From: Acidobacteriota bacterium
GTDB taxonomy: Bacteria > Acidobacteriota > Thermoanaerobaculia > Gp7-AA8 > JAHWKK01
Length of the DNA stretch: 64,000 nucleotides
Reading direction: 5' to 3'
Assembly: GCA_019347945.1 (NCBI GenBank)
Contig: JAHWKK010000001.1
Span: 67,299 to 131,298 of the forward strand
How positions within the stretch are numbered: position 1 is the first letter of the stretch; each line of letters begins with the position of its first letter. The notes under the pieces were generated by a model. The model was not told the DNA's origin and did no database searches. It saw only the letters and a program-made list of their open reading frames with translations. Both the position numbers and the translations under genes were made by a program. Shown here piece by piece: positions 46,931 to 57,303 of this stretch.

Positions 46931-47476
46931 CTACGGCGAGAGCTCGCCGCGATCCCGAATGAGACGTCCGCGAACGCCCGCCCAGTAGGTGAAGTAATAA
47001 CCGAGGACGACGGCTCCGAAAGCGAGAGACGTCGAGACACCGGCCGCAGCGAGCCATGACTCATCACTCGTGGTACCCCACGCGTGCCATCCCCGGTAAA
47101 AACCGTAGGTGATCCGAGTGACGACGACGATCGAGATCATGAGGATCAGCACCCGGTTCGGAGTGTAGTAGACGGTCTCCGGGGTCGCCTCCCACCGGGT
47201 GAGTGCGAGCCCGAGCAGACCGAGCAGCCCCCCCACCGCGAGCCCGATCAGCGAATAGGAAAATGCTCGCGGCGCGGAAATACCGATGATTGCCGCGGAG
47301 GTGAGGAACATCGCGATCGAGATCGCAATGCTGACGAGGTTGACGCTCGCCACCCATTTTCGCGCCCGCCTTCGGCTGGTCCCGCGCCGGAATCGCTGCA
47401 CGAGCGAGAACGGAATGCTGAGGAGCAGTAACAGAAACAGCGCGAACAGGGCGAGGATGGCGGCGAGAAGAGGCAC
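46931..47476 (-). CDS. Hypothetical membrane protein (DUF1453/CcdC-like)
   Basis: About 5 TM helices, LTRWE...YTPNR motif. Confidence 0.65.
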   Translation of the reverse strand: MPLLAAILALFALFLLLLLSIPFSLVQRFRRGTSRRRARKWVASVNLVSIAISIAMFLTSAAIIGISAPRAFSYSLIGLAVGGLLGLLGLALTRWEATPETVYYTPNRVLILMISIVVVTRITYGFYRGWHAWGTTSDESWLAAAGVSTSLAFGAVVLGYYFTYWAGVRGRLIRDRGELSP

Positions 47477-47646
47477 GCGGATGGGAGTGTAACCCCTGCA
47501 GGGCGCGGTTCAGAGCGGGGTTCCGGGTAGGCGACGACCGCGGGATCCGTCGGCCAGAACCGCCGAGTTGGGCGGGCCTGGAGAAGCCCTACCGAGCTCC
47601 GGGTCGTTCGTCCCCGCTTCGTCCCGGCAGGTCGTATGATGGCACC

Positions 47647-48690
47647 GTGGAAATGAAAGCTTTCGGACGCGACCGGCTCGAGATCGGCGACGATGGTGTC
47701 TTTCATCTGACTTGCCTCCACGCCAAACCGGGGTGGGTGGCTCGAAGGGTTGCAGACGGAGTCCGCCGGGACTTTCCGGGCACCTGCATCCGATGGCATG
47801 ACCAGTATTACGAGATCCGTGCGATCGAGCAGATGCCGGCAGGAGTGAGATACGCGCTGACGCCGTGGAGCGACGCTCACACGATGCGGACGATTCTCGA
47901 CTACGACGATGCGAGCGAACTACAGCGAGAAGCCGACCGGAAGGCGGAAAGAACGCGGAACACGAAGGCTGCCGGTTTCACCCTCGGCTCGATCGTCACC
48001 GGTTTTCTCCCCGCCGAGGTCCAGCTCGAGATGGAAAGCGACCTCGGCGTCTCGGGAGCACGCGCGACCCTCATTTCGGCAATCATTCCTTTCTTCGTCG
48101 GAGGCGTGGCGCTGATCGCGTTCATCTCCATCGCGTTCGGCGGAACCGCGTTCAGCTCTCCTCCATTGTTCTATCTGCCCGGGGTGTACTTTTTCTTCGA
48201 GTCTCTTGTGCGCGCGGGAGTGGCAATCGCGATGTCCCGGCCGATGGGATCGCTCCCGGTCGTGATCGTCTGGGAGATGGTCGCGGCCCTACGGGGAAAG
48301 CGGCCCGTCAGAGCGCCCGAGCCGCGATGGAAAATGGAGATCGACGAAGCGACCATCGATCGCGATGCTTACATTCAGAGAGAGCCCTTTCTCGCCTTGC
48401 TCTCCCCGAGAGAACAGCTCGCGCTTGCCGATCGTTACGGATTCGACTGGCAGGCGAAGGGAAGATCGAGCGCACTCTTCCTGCTCGTGTTTGCGGTGTT
48501 CGTCATCGTGGTGACCCTCGTACGACTCATGTCGAAGGCCATGGTTTTCAGCGACGTGGTGACGCTGATGGTGATGGGATATCTGATCTGGGAGCAGCTC
48601 GTTCGATTTCAGCGGCTTGCCGCGGGACATCCCGCAGGAAGCGTGTTCGGATTCCTGGTTCGTCTCTTTTCGCGCCGCTTGGTGCGCTGA
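47647..48690 (+). CDS. Hypothetical membrane protein
   Basis: 347-aa ORF with normal composition; soluble N-domain followed by several TM helices. Confidence 0.7.
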   Translation: MEMKAFGRDRLEIGDDGVFHLTCLHAKPGWVARRVADGVRRDFPGTCIRWHDQYYEIRAIEQMPAGVRYALTPWSDAHTMRTILDYDDASELQREADRKAERTRNTKAAGFTLGSIVTGFLPAEVQLEMESDLGVSGARATLISAIIPFFVGGVALIAFISIAFGGTAFSSPPLFYLPGVYFFFESLVRAGVAIAMSRPMGSLPVVIVWEMVAALRGKRPVRAPEPRWKMEIDEATIDRDAYIQREPFLALLSPREQLALADRYGFDWQAKGRSSALFLLVFAVFVIVVTLVRLMSKAMVFSDVVTLMVMGYLIWEQLVRFQRLAAGHPAGSVFGFLVRLFSRRLVR

Positions 48691-48744
48691 AAGCGACGAT
48701 TCAACGCTGTAATGAGCTCTTCATGCACTCTATGGGACAACTCA

Positions 48745-49536
48745 TCAACACTGAGTGCGGCGGCGAAGTTCGCCCGGAGTGACTTTCGAGGCGGCGCGGA
48801 GTGCTCGCGTGAGATGAGCCTGATCGAAGAAGCCGCAGTCGTGTGCGATTTTCGCGATCGGCTCGTTCGTCTCGAGGAGAAGACGCTCGGCTTCGAGCAG
48901 ACGCCGCCTTCGAATCTCTTCGCCGACCGATCGTCCGACCCACCTCCGGAACCCGGCGCTCAGGGTGGAGCGCCCCACTCCGGCCTGATCGGCGACTGTC
49001 TCCAGGCTGATTCGGCGGGCGTACGAGCGATCGATGAAAGCAACCGCCTCGGAAATCCATGGCGGAGGATCGTTCCGATGACCGAACCGGGAGAGCTTGA
49101 TCGAAAGGAGGATCGCCAGCGATTCCAGTGCCGGGTGGAAACCGGGCTCGCCGTACTTCAGCTCGGCTTCGAGCTCGAAGCGAAGACTTCGAAGCCACAA
49201 TGCCGGGAAGGGTGAGGGCTCGATCCGGGAGAGCTCGGGAAACCGCCCGGGAGCGAACGAAACGAGCAGTGCCAGCACTTCAACGTCAGACCGAAACTCG
49301 TTCTCGTGAGGGAGCGAGGGCGGTCGGAAAAGACTCGATCCGGGTCCAAGGCGGATGTCACGGCCATACCATCGCTCCACATAGTGCCCTTCGAGTATGA
49401 AGCACACCTGAGCCGAATCGTGCGCGTGCTCCGAAAGCCGGAGACCGCGAGGCATCGACACTTCGCCGACGCCGAGATCGTTGAGATCGTGCCATCGCAG
49501 CGTCGTTCCGAAACTATGATCTCCGGTCTGTTCCAT
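48745..49536 (-). CDS. AraC family transcriptional regulator with cupin sensor
   Basis: HAH cupin motif; IAHDCGFFDQAHLTR...TPGELRR. Confidence 0.92.
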   Translation of the reverse strand: MEQTGDHSFGTTLRWHDLNDLGVGEVSMPRGLRLSEHAHDSAQVCFILEGHYVERWYGRDIRLGPGSSLFRPPSLPHENEFRSDVEVLALLVSFAPGRFPELSRIEPSPFPALWLRSLRFELEAELKYGEPGFHPALESLAILLSIKLSRFGHRNDPPPWISEAVAFIDRSYARRISLETVADQAGVGRSTLSAGFRRWVGRSVGEEIRRRRLLEAERLLLETNEPIAKIAHDCGFFDQAHLTRALRAASKVTPGELRRRTQC

Positions 49537-49698
49537 CCTGCTGGAAGCGTCAACTGAATTCGTCGTTCACAACTTTCCCTCCGCCGTGAGAAGGAGGACT
49601 TTCCCGGCCGATCGTACAAAGGGCTCCGACGCCCGTCCAATCAACCGTCTGGTGTGGCGCCTATACTGGATGTGATCCTCCGGTCAGGAGAGGCGAAG

Positions 49699-50118
49699 AT
49701 GAAAAACCGGATTGTTAATTTTCTCGTCGGAGTGGGTGCGATGCTGGGTGGCTATCACGTGATCGTCGCGCTGACGATTCTCGGGTTCAACGGATGGCTC
49801 GAGGGTCGGAACCTCTACGGCGGAGGCGGAGCGCTTCTCCTGAAGGGGACTCTCGTGGCGGTGGTCGCGGGTCTCGCGGGAGGTATGGCGGCGGGGCTGA
49901 TCGGCTGGCGGTGGCCGGTGGTCGCGGCGTCGCTCGTTCTCCTGCCGCTCGCTCTCGACACGACCTACGTGCTGTTCATCGCGGAACGAAGCAGTCCTCT
50001 CTGGTTTGAAGCGATGGGGAGTCTCGCCCTGATGCTCTTCACCGTCGGAGGCGGGGTGATCATCGGACTTCTGAAGTCGCGCCTCGGCAGGGAAGAGAAG
50101 GCTCTCAGTCCGGCGTAA
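49699..50118 (+). CDS. Small hypothetical membrane protein (4 TM), divergent from the AraC gene
   Basis: SD AGGAGAGG, TATACT upstream, hydrophobic helices. Confidence 0.7.
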   Translation: MKNRIVNFLVGVGAMLGGYHVIVALTILGFNGWLEGRNLYGGGGALLLKGTLVAVVAGLAGGMAAGLIGWRWPVVAASLVLLPLALDTTYVLFIAERSSPLWFEAMGSLALMLFTVGGGVIIGLLKSRLGREEKALSPA

Positions 50119-50135
50119 CCTCGATTTTTCCGCGC

Positions 50136-52304
50136 TCAGTCGGATTCAGGGGTGACGTAGATACCCGAGGGAGCACGGACGGGACGGCCCTGCTCGGTGA
50201 TCTCGATCGCCCGCCAGGAAGGAAGAGCCGGATTCGGCGAATAGACGACGAGGGCCTGCTTGCGGAGATCGTCGGCGATCTGTTCGAGAATTTCGGGGAG
50301 GTTGTCGAGCGAGTTGAGCCGGAACGATTTCGCGCCCGTGGCCCGGCTGAAATCGAGAAGTTTCTGCTGGGTCATCGAGCCGGACTCGGACGAACGTGCC
50401 CGCTCGCCGGAGTCGGAAAATGCGAGCACGTACACCGGGGCGCCGCTGCGGCGCGCGACTTCCTCGACGACGTCGAGGCCGAAGACGCTTCCGTTGTCGA
50501 TCCCGTCGCTGAGGACGACGAGCGCCCGGCGGGAGCCCGTCGAGCGGACGGCGAGGAGTGCTCCGATCATCGCGTCGTGAAGGACGGTCGCACCACCCGA
50601 ACTGAGCGAGAGAATCGTCCGCTCGATTCTACCCCGGTCGGAAACGGGCCACAGAACGCGAGAGCTCGACCGGAACGGCACGACCATGACGCGATCGCGC
50701 GAATCGAGATTCTTCTCCACGAACTGCAGCGCCGCTTCCTGAACGTCGAGGATGTGTTCGTTCATGCTCGCCGATGCATCGAGAAGCAGTGCGATCAGAA
50801 GCGGCGAGTCGTGAGAGGGGACGATCCGGTTGACAGGCCGAGTCTCGCCGTTTTCGCGTAGTGTGATGGCCGATGGGTCGGTCCGCTCGAGGTAGGCGGG
50901 TACCTCGACGAGATGCCGACCGGCCTGCAGCGGCCGATCCGCATAGTTGACGATCCGCACGTCCTCGGTGATGGTACCGTCGGTGAGGCGGAGCTCTGCT
51001 CGGAGATAGCCTTGTTCTCCTTGTGGAATCGTGAGCGTCGTGCGAAACGGAGGGGAGTCGAAGCGGGCGACCGGCCGGCCGTTCCATTCGACCGTCACCC
51101 GTTCGATTTCCTGCCCGGCCCCGGCGCGTACCATGACATCCACGTCGACCGGGCCCGAGAGTGTCGTCTCGACGGGAGAAACGATTCTGATCCACGGCGA
51201 ATCGTTCCGATCGTTGACGACTACGACATCCCGCTGGATCACATCTCCTTTCCTGTTGGAAGAAACGATCTCGAGCACGTGCCGGTCGGGCACTTCCCCG
51301 AAATCGACCGATGCGGTGAAAGGGGGCGACGTAGCGGTACCGACGAGCTTTCCGTCCAGCGAGTACTCGACCCGCGCCGTTTGCGGGTGAGGTTGTTCGG
51401 GTGCGATTGCGTGACGTCCGAAAACGATCCCGTCGGGATCTTCGAGGCCGGCGATTGCAGAGGGAAGATTGCGGGATCTCCGTAGTGCTTCTTCCGCTCG
51501 GGAAGTTTCGGCCGGCCTACGAGCGAACCGGAGTGCCCGCTCGAACGAGACGGCAGCCCCCGCGGGCTCCTCTCCGAGAAGCATCTCTCCGATCGCCATC
51601 AACGTCTCGTACCGGACGGCGTCGGATGCACCCTCGCGAGCGAGATATTCGAGCCGCCTGAGCGATCCGTCGAGACCGGTGGCTTCCGATGCGAGCACGT
51701 GAAGATGAACCTCTGCAAGCTGGCTGGTTTCCGCCGGCGCGTCCTCTCGGATCGATTCGAGAAGCTCGATCCCCCGGTCGCGATCTCCGAGTGTGATCAG
51801 CGCAAGCGCCATCTCGAGCTCCGATCGCTGGGAGTCCGCCGGCGCGCGAGCATGCATCTCCAGCAGGTGCGGGGTCGCATCGATCACGCGATTCAGAATA
51901 TCGGCGAGGCGGGCGCCGTCCGGAATCCCGTGCCATCGATGAACGAGCCGGCCCCCCGGGTCATGAACCGTGATGTGCGGAATGTCGCGGTCATCAAAGA
52001 TCGTCGTCGTGAAAACCATGTGGCGCAGACGTCTCCCGATCGACGGATGCAGGGCTGTCTTCGCAAAACGCTCACAGCGGTCGGCCCCACGTGCGCCCGC
52101 GCAATCCGCCGGGCGATGAAAGACGACGATCGGCTTTGCAGTTCTCGTCGCTGCTGCGATGAGCTCTTCACCGATGTGAATGTCCTGCGCTGCCTGAGCC
52201 GAGGCCGACGGCGTGACGGCGAGGAGCATGACGATCAGAGGGATTTCGGAAAACCGCCGCAGCGACGAAAAGGTCGCGGGACGCGCGTGATTGAATCGGC
52301 TCAC
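50136..52304 (-). CDS. Secreted VWA-domain protein with TPR-like and two Ig-like domains
   Basis: MIDAS LLDASASM, GATVLHDA, LSDGIDNGS; two PPF-containing Ig repeats; start uncertain. Confidence 0.82.
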   Translation of the reverse strand: MSRFNHARPATFSSLRRFSEIPLIVMLLAVTPSASAQAAQDIHIGEELIAAATRTAKPIVVFHRPADCAGARGADRCERFAKTALHPSIGRRLRHMVFTTTIFDDRDIPHITVHDPGGRLVHRWHGIPDGARLADILNRVIDATPHLLEMHARAPADSQRSELEMALALITLGDRDRGIELLESIREDAPAETSQLAEVHLHVLASEATGLDGSLRRLEYLAREGASDAVRYETLMAIGEMLLGEEPAGAAVSFERALRFARRPAETSRAEEALRRSRNLPSAIAGLEDPDGIVFGRHAIAPEQPHPQTARVEYSLDGKLVGTATSPPFTASVDFGEVPDRHVLEIVSSNRKGDVIQRDVVVVNDRNDSPWIRIVSPVETTLSGPVDVDVMVRAGAGQEIERVTVEWNGRPVARFDSPPFRTTLTIPQGEQGYLRAELRLTDGTITEDVRIVNYADRPLQAGRHLVEVPAYLERTDPSAITLRENGETRPVNRIVPSHDSPLLIALLLDASASMNEHILDVQEAALQFVEKNLDSRDRVMVVPFRSSSRVLWPVSDRGRIERTILSLSSGGATVLHDAMIGALLAVRSTGSRRALVVLSDGIDNGSVFGLDVVEEVARRSGAPVYVLAFSDSGERARSSESGSMTQQKLLDFSRATGAKSFRLNSLDNLPEILEQIADDLRKQALVVYSPNPALPSWRAIEITEQGRPVRAPSGIYVTPESD

Positions 52305-52385
52305 GAATACCTGAACAGGAAGAGTGGCCCCAGCGTTTCGTCGTGGCTGAAATGTGACCAGCGCATGCGCGCGACTGCGCGAATC

Positions 52386-53063
52386 TCAGGAGGAGACTCG
52401 TGCGACGAGCTTCCCGAATGGCCCTTCGATACGCTCGGCCATGACCGAGTATCCGGCGGCGTTCGGATGAATCTCGTCGCTCTTGAGCGAAGGGTTGCTG
52501 AGTATTCCGTCGAGCAGATCAGGGACGAACAGGCAGCCTTCGTCATCGGCAATCCGTTCGTACATCGCTCCATAGTTCGCGCTGATGCTCGGAAACTGGA
52601 AGCCGAGCAGGACGACCGCGGCACCCCGTTCCTGAATTCTGCGGATGATCGTTCGGAGGTTCTCTTCAGTCGTCGCGATCGGTACACTCCGCAGATAGTC
52701 GTTGCCGCCGAGGCCGATGATGACGATTCCGGGGTCCTGCGAGAGAACATCCTCTTCGATCCGCGCGAGCGCCGACTCGGTCGTATCGCCGCTGACGCCG
52801 GCGTTGATGATGGGGACTCCGGTGATTGCGGACAGCTTCGTCGGATAGTCGCCGCCCGGTCCGGCGCCGTAACCGGCCGTCAGCGAATCTCCGAAAGCGA
52901 TGATGGACGTCCCCGACGTATCGAGATTTCGCACGCCGGAAAGCGAAGACGGCCAGAGGAGGAACGCGATGACCAGGACCGCAGCAATCGACGCGATCGC
53001 AACGGGTCGTCTGTACCACGGCGTCTCCGTCGGACGTACAGGTCGTGATCGAACCGCGCTCAT
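52386..53063 (-). CDS. GDSL/SGNH arylesterase (TesA-like)
   Basis: FGDSLTAGYG, NAGVSGDTT, LGGND, DEIHPNAAGY. Confidence 0.93.
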   Translation of the reverse strand: MSAVRSRPVRPTETPWYRRPVAIASIAAVLVIAFLLWPSSLSGVRNLDTSGTSIIAFGDSLTAGYGAGPGGDYPTKLSAITGVPIINAGVSGDTTESALARIEEDVLSQDPGIVIIGLGGNDYLRSVPIATTEENLRTIIRRIQERGAAVVLLGFQFPSISANYGAMYERIADDEGCLFVPDLLDGILSNPSLKSDEIHPNAAGYSVMAERIEGPFGKLVARVSS

Positions 53064-54373
53064 CGGTTCTCGGCGACGATTACGCTCCGGTCGATGCGTT
53101 GATTCGCGCGGACGGAGGCTTCTGAATCCTCTGAAAGATCGGTCGCTCCATTCTTCAGGCGGGCCCGAAAGATCTCGACGGCGGGCTCGCCCCCGGGCAC
53201 GGTGAGTGCGAGCCAGAGAAATCCATCGGCGACAGTCGCCCGGGGGAATCCGGATGTACGGCCTGCGTCGGTCGACCGGATGACGCGAGAGGGCCCCGGC
53301 GCGCCGCGGCTCGTCACGGACCGGGCCATGATCGCTGCGCCTTTTCCGTTTTCCTCGAGCCAGGTCACGACGGCCTCGTCGTCGGAGATCATTTCGACGT
53401 CGACGCGACCGAGGGGGCTTCTCTCGTCCACGCGGATCGGATCTCCGAACGTGCGGCCTCCGTCGGCCGAGAACGCAACGTTCACGCGCGGATCGCCATC
53501 CGCCTCGGTGTACCATGCAACTGCGAGCGCGTTCTCGCTGGCCGAGACCTGCGGACCGTTGACCGGGCACGCGTTGATGGTCCATCCGTCGTCGAAGAAG
53601 ATCGCTTCGCTGACGGAGCCGCCACGTTCCACTCGGGCCACGGCGATGTCGCGAACCTCCTCGTCGGAGCGGTCTCGCCAGGCGATCACGCTCGTGTCCC
53701 CGGTGATCGCCATTCCCGTAGTGCAGCATTCACACGTTCGCTCGTCGATGACTCTGGATTCGCGGACGGTTCCGTCGGGATCGACTCTTGCCCAGCGGAT
53801 CGTCATGTCCCCTCCACCGTGACCGTGGCCTCCGCTTCCCATCTCGCGACCGTCGAGCCAGGTGACGGCGATGCCACCGTCCGGATGAGGAGACATCGAC
53901 GCGAAGCCGTGCTCGGTGGGGGTGCCGTCATCATGTAGGACGAATGGTTCGGACCAGGTTTCGCCCCCATCTCCGGAGACTGACATCGTCACATCGTAGG
54001 CGTAGGTGGCTGGTGCCGACTTCTGCAGCCAGTGAGCGTAGAGGGTGCCGGAATCGTCGGCGATGAGGGATGGGAAGTCTGCCCAGTTCACGAAGAGGTC
54101 GGAGCGTTCGACGATCGTGATGGGATCGCTCCATCCGGTGGCGGAACCGTACCGCGCGAAGCGCACTCTGGCCGAGTCCTCGGAGCGTTCGATCCAGCTG
54201 AGAAGAGCCTGTCCGTCTGAAGAGGAGAAGTTCGGCGCCATTGAGCCCGGCCCGGCCGGGGAGGCGACCGGTTCGAATGAGATCTCCGTGGGCGGGAGAG
54301 TTGCGGAAAGAGACTGCTCCGAGTTGCAGGCAAGGGAGCCGGCCAGAACGAGAAGGACAGCGAAGATTCTCAC
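53060..54373 (-). CDS. BNR/Asp-box (sialidase-like) propeller lipoprotein with CECC motif
   Basis: Lipobox SLAC, FVNWADFPS, SGDGGETWS, SADGGRTF, TCECC, ACPVNGP. Confidence 0.82.
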   Translation of the reverse strand: MRIFAVLLVLAGSLACNSEQSLSATLPPTEISFEPVASPAGPGSMAPNFSSSDGQALLSWIERSEDSARVRFARYGSATGWSDPITIVERSDLFVNWADFPSLIADDSGTLYAHWLQKSAPATYAYDVTMSVSGDGGETWSEPFVLHDDGTPTEHGFASMSPHPDGGIAVTWLDGREMGSGGHGHGGGDMTIRWARVDPDGTVRESRVIDERTCECCTTGMAITGDTSVIAWRDRSDEEVRDIAVARVERGGSVSEAIFFDDGWTINACPVNGPQVSASENALAVAWYTEADGDPRVNVAFSADGGRTFGDPIRVDERSPLGRVDVEMISDDEAVVTWLEENGKGAAIMARSVTSRGAPGPSRVIRSTDAGRTSGFPRATVADGFLWLALTVPGGEPAVEIFRARLKNGATDLSEDSEASVRANQRIDRSVIVAENR

Positions 54374-54422
54374 GGGAGGAGTTTATCAGGCTCGATGTGT
54401 CGCCCGGATGGACAACCCCTTA

Positions 54423-55730
54423 CTACCTCGTGGCGCAATGGACGCGTCGACCTCGAACATAGGCGGCGGCGACGGTTCGATCGTCGCCGGCGAAGATGCA
54501 TCCGGCGAGGAGGTCCTCGATCGATTCGGCGTTCCGGGTGCGCATTGCGAGAAGGTCGGTGGCTTCGAGATCGAGTGCGATGAAATCGGCTTCCTTCCCT
54601 GGCTCGAGGCTTCCGGTGACGTCGTCGAGATCGAGGAGCCGGGCGCCGTCGAGAGTTGCGAAGCGCCAAAGTCGCGCAGGATCGAGCGACCTCCCGCGAA
54701 CCTGCTGGACCTTGTAGGTGTCGGCCATCGCCGCGAGCATCGACGGAGTCGTTCCGGCTCCGACGTCGGTACCGAGGCCGATCCGGATGCCGGCGGACTC
54801 GATTCTGTCGAGAGGGAAGAGGCCGCTACCGAGGTAGAGATTGGAGTTCGGACAGTGAGAGATTCCGGCGCCTCGAGTTGCGATCGTGCGAAGCTCGGAG
54901 TCGTTGAGATGGATGCCGTGAGCCAGCACGGTTCTTTTTCGAAGAAGTCCGAAACGGTCGTAGACGTGGGTGTAGTCGATTTCGTCGGGGAAGAGCTCTC
55001 GGACGAGATCGAGCTCGGGAAGGCTCTCGGAGATGTGAGTCTGAATCCAGCAGTCGGGAAACTCTCGAGCGAGCGTGCCGGCCGCTTCGAGCAGATCCGG
55101 AGTGGAGGTGGGGCCGAAGCGGGGAGTGATGGCGTAACCGATGAGTCCTTCTGCCGCGCCGTGCCATTCTTCGAGCACCGCTCGGCTTCGCGCTATCGAT
55201 TCTGATGGGGTTTCGAGAAGGGAGTCGGGAGCATTCCGGTCCATCATCGTCTTGCCGATGATTGCCCGGATGCCGGAGTCTGCTGCGGCGCGGAAGAAAC
55301 GGTGCGTTGCCGCTTCGTGCACGGACGAAAAGAGCATGGCCGTAGTCGTACCGTGGCTCAGGAGAATCGGGAACAGCAGGCGCGCGATCTCCGATGCGTA
55401 CTCGGGATCGGAGAACTTCGCTTCGGTCGGGAAGGTATGTCGTTCCAGCCATTCGAGGAGGTGGCCTCCGTAGGAACCGATCATCTCGATCTGCGGAGCG
55501 TGAAGGTGCGTGTCTATGAAGCCGGGCGAGATGAGGTACCGGGAGGGGAGGTGGTGCACTGGTGCGCCGGTCTCGCTGTCCGGACCATCGCCCCAGGGAC
55601 CGACCGAGGAGATGCGACCCTGATCGACGGCAATCCGGCCATCCTCGAGCGAGAGGTGAGTGCCGTCGGAAAGGGGGGTGTAGATCCGGCCTCGTATCTG
55701 ATAGGAGCCGGAGGACGGGAAATGGTTCAC
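54423..55730 (-). CDS. guaD: Guanine deaminase
   Basis: PGFIDTHLHAPQ, LLEWL, ITPRF, QTHISE, HCPNSNLYLGSG, GTDVGAG. Confidence 0.93.
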   Translation of the reverse strand: MNHFPSSGSYQIRGRIYTPLSDGTHLSLEDGRIAVDQGRISSVGPWGDGPDSETGAPVHHLPSRYLISPGFIDTHLHAPQIEMIGSYGGHLLEWLERHTFPTEAKFSDPEYASEIARLLFPILLSHGTTTAMLFSSVHEAATHRFFRAAADSGIRAIIGKTMMDRNAPDSLLETPSESIARSRAVLEEWHGAAEGLIGYAITPRFGPTSTPDLLEAAGTLAREFPDCWIQTHISESLPELDLVRELFPDEIDYTHVYDRFGLLRKRTVLAHGIHLNDSELRTIATRGAGISHCPNSNLYLGSGLFPLDRIESAGIRIGLGTDVGAGTTPSMLAAMADTYKVQQVRGRSLDPARLWRFATLDGARLLDLDDVTGSLEPGKEADFIALDLEATDLLAMRTRNAESIEDLLAGCIFAGDDRTVAAAYVRGRRVHCATR

Positions 55731-56677
55731 GGAGTCTCGACGCTCTCGAGATCGTCCTCTTCGGAGTCGTTCTCCCGGACGAGCTTCTCGAAGGCGTGGG
55801 CCTGCTGGCGGCGATCCGCGTCATCAGGCTTTGGAGTGGTATCCGCCTGCGGTTCATCAATCGAGGACGAGAGCTGGGCGGATGACTCCTCGACACCGCG
55901 CATGAACTCACTCTCGTCGGGTAGTTCGCTCTGCGTGCGTGAGGCGCGTGCAGTCCGGGCCTCGGCGATTTTCTCCGCGCGGGAGAAATCGTCGTTCCAG
56001 CAGAGAATTGTCGGTGCGAGCTTCAGGTAGAGCTCGCCCGTGGCCCGTACGTCCTCGAGGCAGTAGTCTGCGATTTCGCGGTGCATCCCACTGCGGTACA
56101 TCGTTTCCACCGAGCGTCCGTCCATTCCTTCGGTTTTCGAGCTGTCGACACCGAAAGTCTTGCAGGCGAGGTCGAGATTGAACCGCATCTGCCTCGAGTA
56201 GACCGTTCCCATGAAGTTGAGCGCTTCGCGAAGGTCGCAGTTGGGGTGATAGCTGTAGCGTCGGCCGATCAGATCCCGACGTGGAATCACTCCGTTGACG
56301 GCGGAGCGAATCATCAGGAAGGGGCCGTCGAACTGGCGGCCGTTGAAGGTGATGAATCGATCCACCGGGGCGAAGAACTCCCAGAACTTTTCGAGGATCT
56401 GCTTCTCGGTTCCGGTGATGTAGGTGCGGTCGTCCTCTTTCCACATCTGAATCTCGCGACGTCCGGGCATTTCGATCAGTGCCGCGCGCCGACCGTCGTC
56501 GACGTTGAGGACGCCGATGACGGCAATCCGACCCGTGAATGGAGAGAGAGCTCCTCTTCGCTTTTCTTCTTCCGCCTCGGCTTCACCCATTCCCTTGATC
56601 AGGTATTCGCGAACGTACGTATCGTGCTCTTCCCAGGGGATACCGACCGTTTCGATGTCGATCACGAGCCGCTTCAT
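55727..56677 (-). CDS. Stand-alone PolB-like 3'-5' exonuclease (RNase H-like, DEDD) with acidic tail
   Basis: IDIET, TFNGRQFDGPFL, YCLEDV. Confidence 0.85.
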   Translation of the reverse strand: MKRLVIDIETVGIPWEEHDTYVREYLIKGMGEAEAEEEKRRGALSPFTGRIAVIGVLNVDDGRRAALIEMPGRREIQMWKEDDRTYITGTEKQILEKFWEFFAPVDRFITFNGRQFDGPFLMIRSAVNGVIPRRDLIGRRYSYHPNCDLREALNFMGTVYSRQMRFNLDLACKTFGVDSSKTEGMDGRSVETMYRSGMHREIADYCLEDVRATGELYLKLAPTILCWNDDFSRAEKIAEARTARASRTQSELPDESEFMRGVEESSAQLSSSIDEPQADTTPKPDDADRRQQAHAFEKLVRENDSEEDDLESVETP

Positions 56678-56679
56678 GG

Positions 56680-57303
56680 TCAATTCTCGGCGTCCGTGAT
56701 GCTGTCGCGTCTGGCTCCGCGGTTTTTCCGGTACTTCTCGAGCCGCTTGTTGAGGTTGTGAAGATCGTAGGTCATTCGCATGACGGTGCGACGCAGCTTG
56801 TACTTGATGCGGCGGAAGCTCGAAAAGTCGTCGTTCCGGAGCGTCGGGAGAAAGCCGTGCAGTTCGCGCATTCGCGTGCGGAGCTTCTCGATGTCCTTGT
56901 CGCGGATGTTGAGCATCACCTCTTCGCCGTCGATGAACAGAGGCTCTACACCGCTGATCAGATCATCGAACCAGCGCCAGACCTCGACGACATTGACGCG
57001 ACGACCGCGGTCCACGATTCGTGTCTCCAGCAGATCCTGCTTGAAGTATCCGAAGAGTCTCTCGTCGGAGACCTGCTTGAACTCGTCTTCGGTCAGATTG
57101 CGGTTGTTCCACGCGCCGAAGTGAAGCAGGTCGTTGCGTACGGCACGAAAATGCCGGATGACTTCGGCGAGCTCGTCGCGGTCCAGATCCGCCAGCGAAA
57201 CCGCCTCGGTCGTCTCCTCGACCGTCATTGCGGACGGAGCAGCGCCCTGTTCGATCGTCGCAGTCTCTTCAGTCGGTTCCTGTACTTCCGAATCCACCGT
57301 CAC
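56680..57303 (-). CDS. Hypothetical soluble protein (start 57303 or 57228)
   Basis: Open frame with typical composition, tightly packed between dut and the exonuclease; no motif recognised. Confidence 0.75.
   Translation of the reverse strand: MTVDSEVQEPTEETATIEQGAAPSAMTVEETTEAVSLADLDRDELAEVIRHFRAVRNDLLHFGAWNNRNLTEDEFKQVSDERLFGYFKQDLLETRIVDRGRRVNVVEVWRWFDDLISGVEPLFIDGEEVMLNIRDKDIEKLRTRMRELHGFLPTLRNDDFSSFRRIKYKLRRTVMRMTYDLHNLNKRLEKYRKNRGARRDSITDAEN

Noticed and set aside
47477..47646. GC-rich intergenic region as ncRNA or REP
   Set aside because: No convincing stem or family motif; contains only the two divergent -10 boxes
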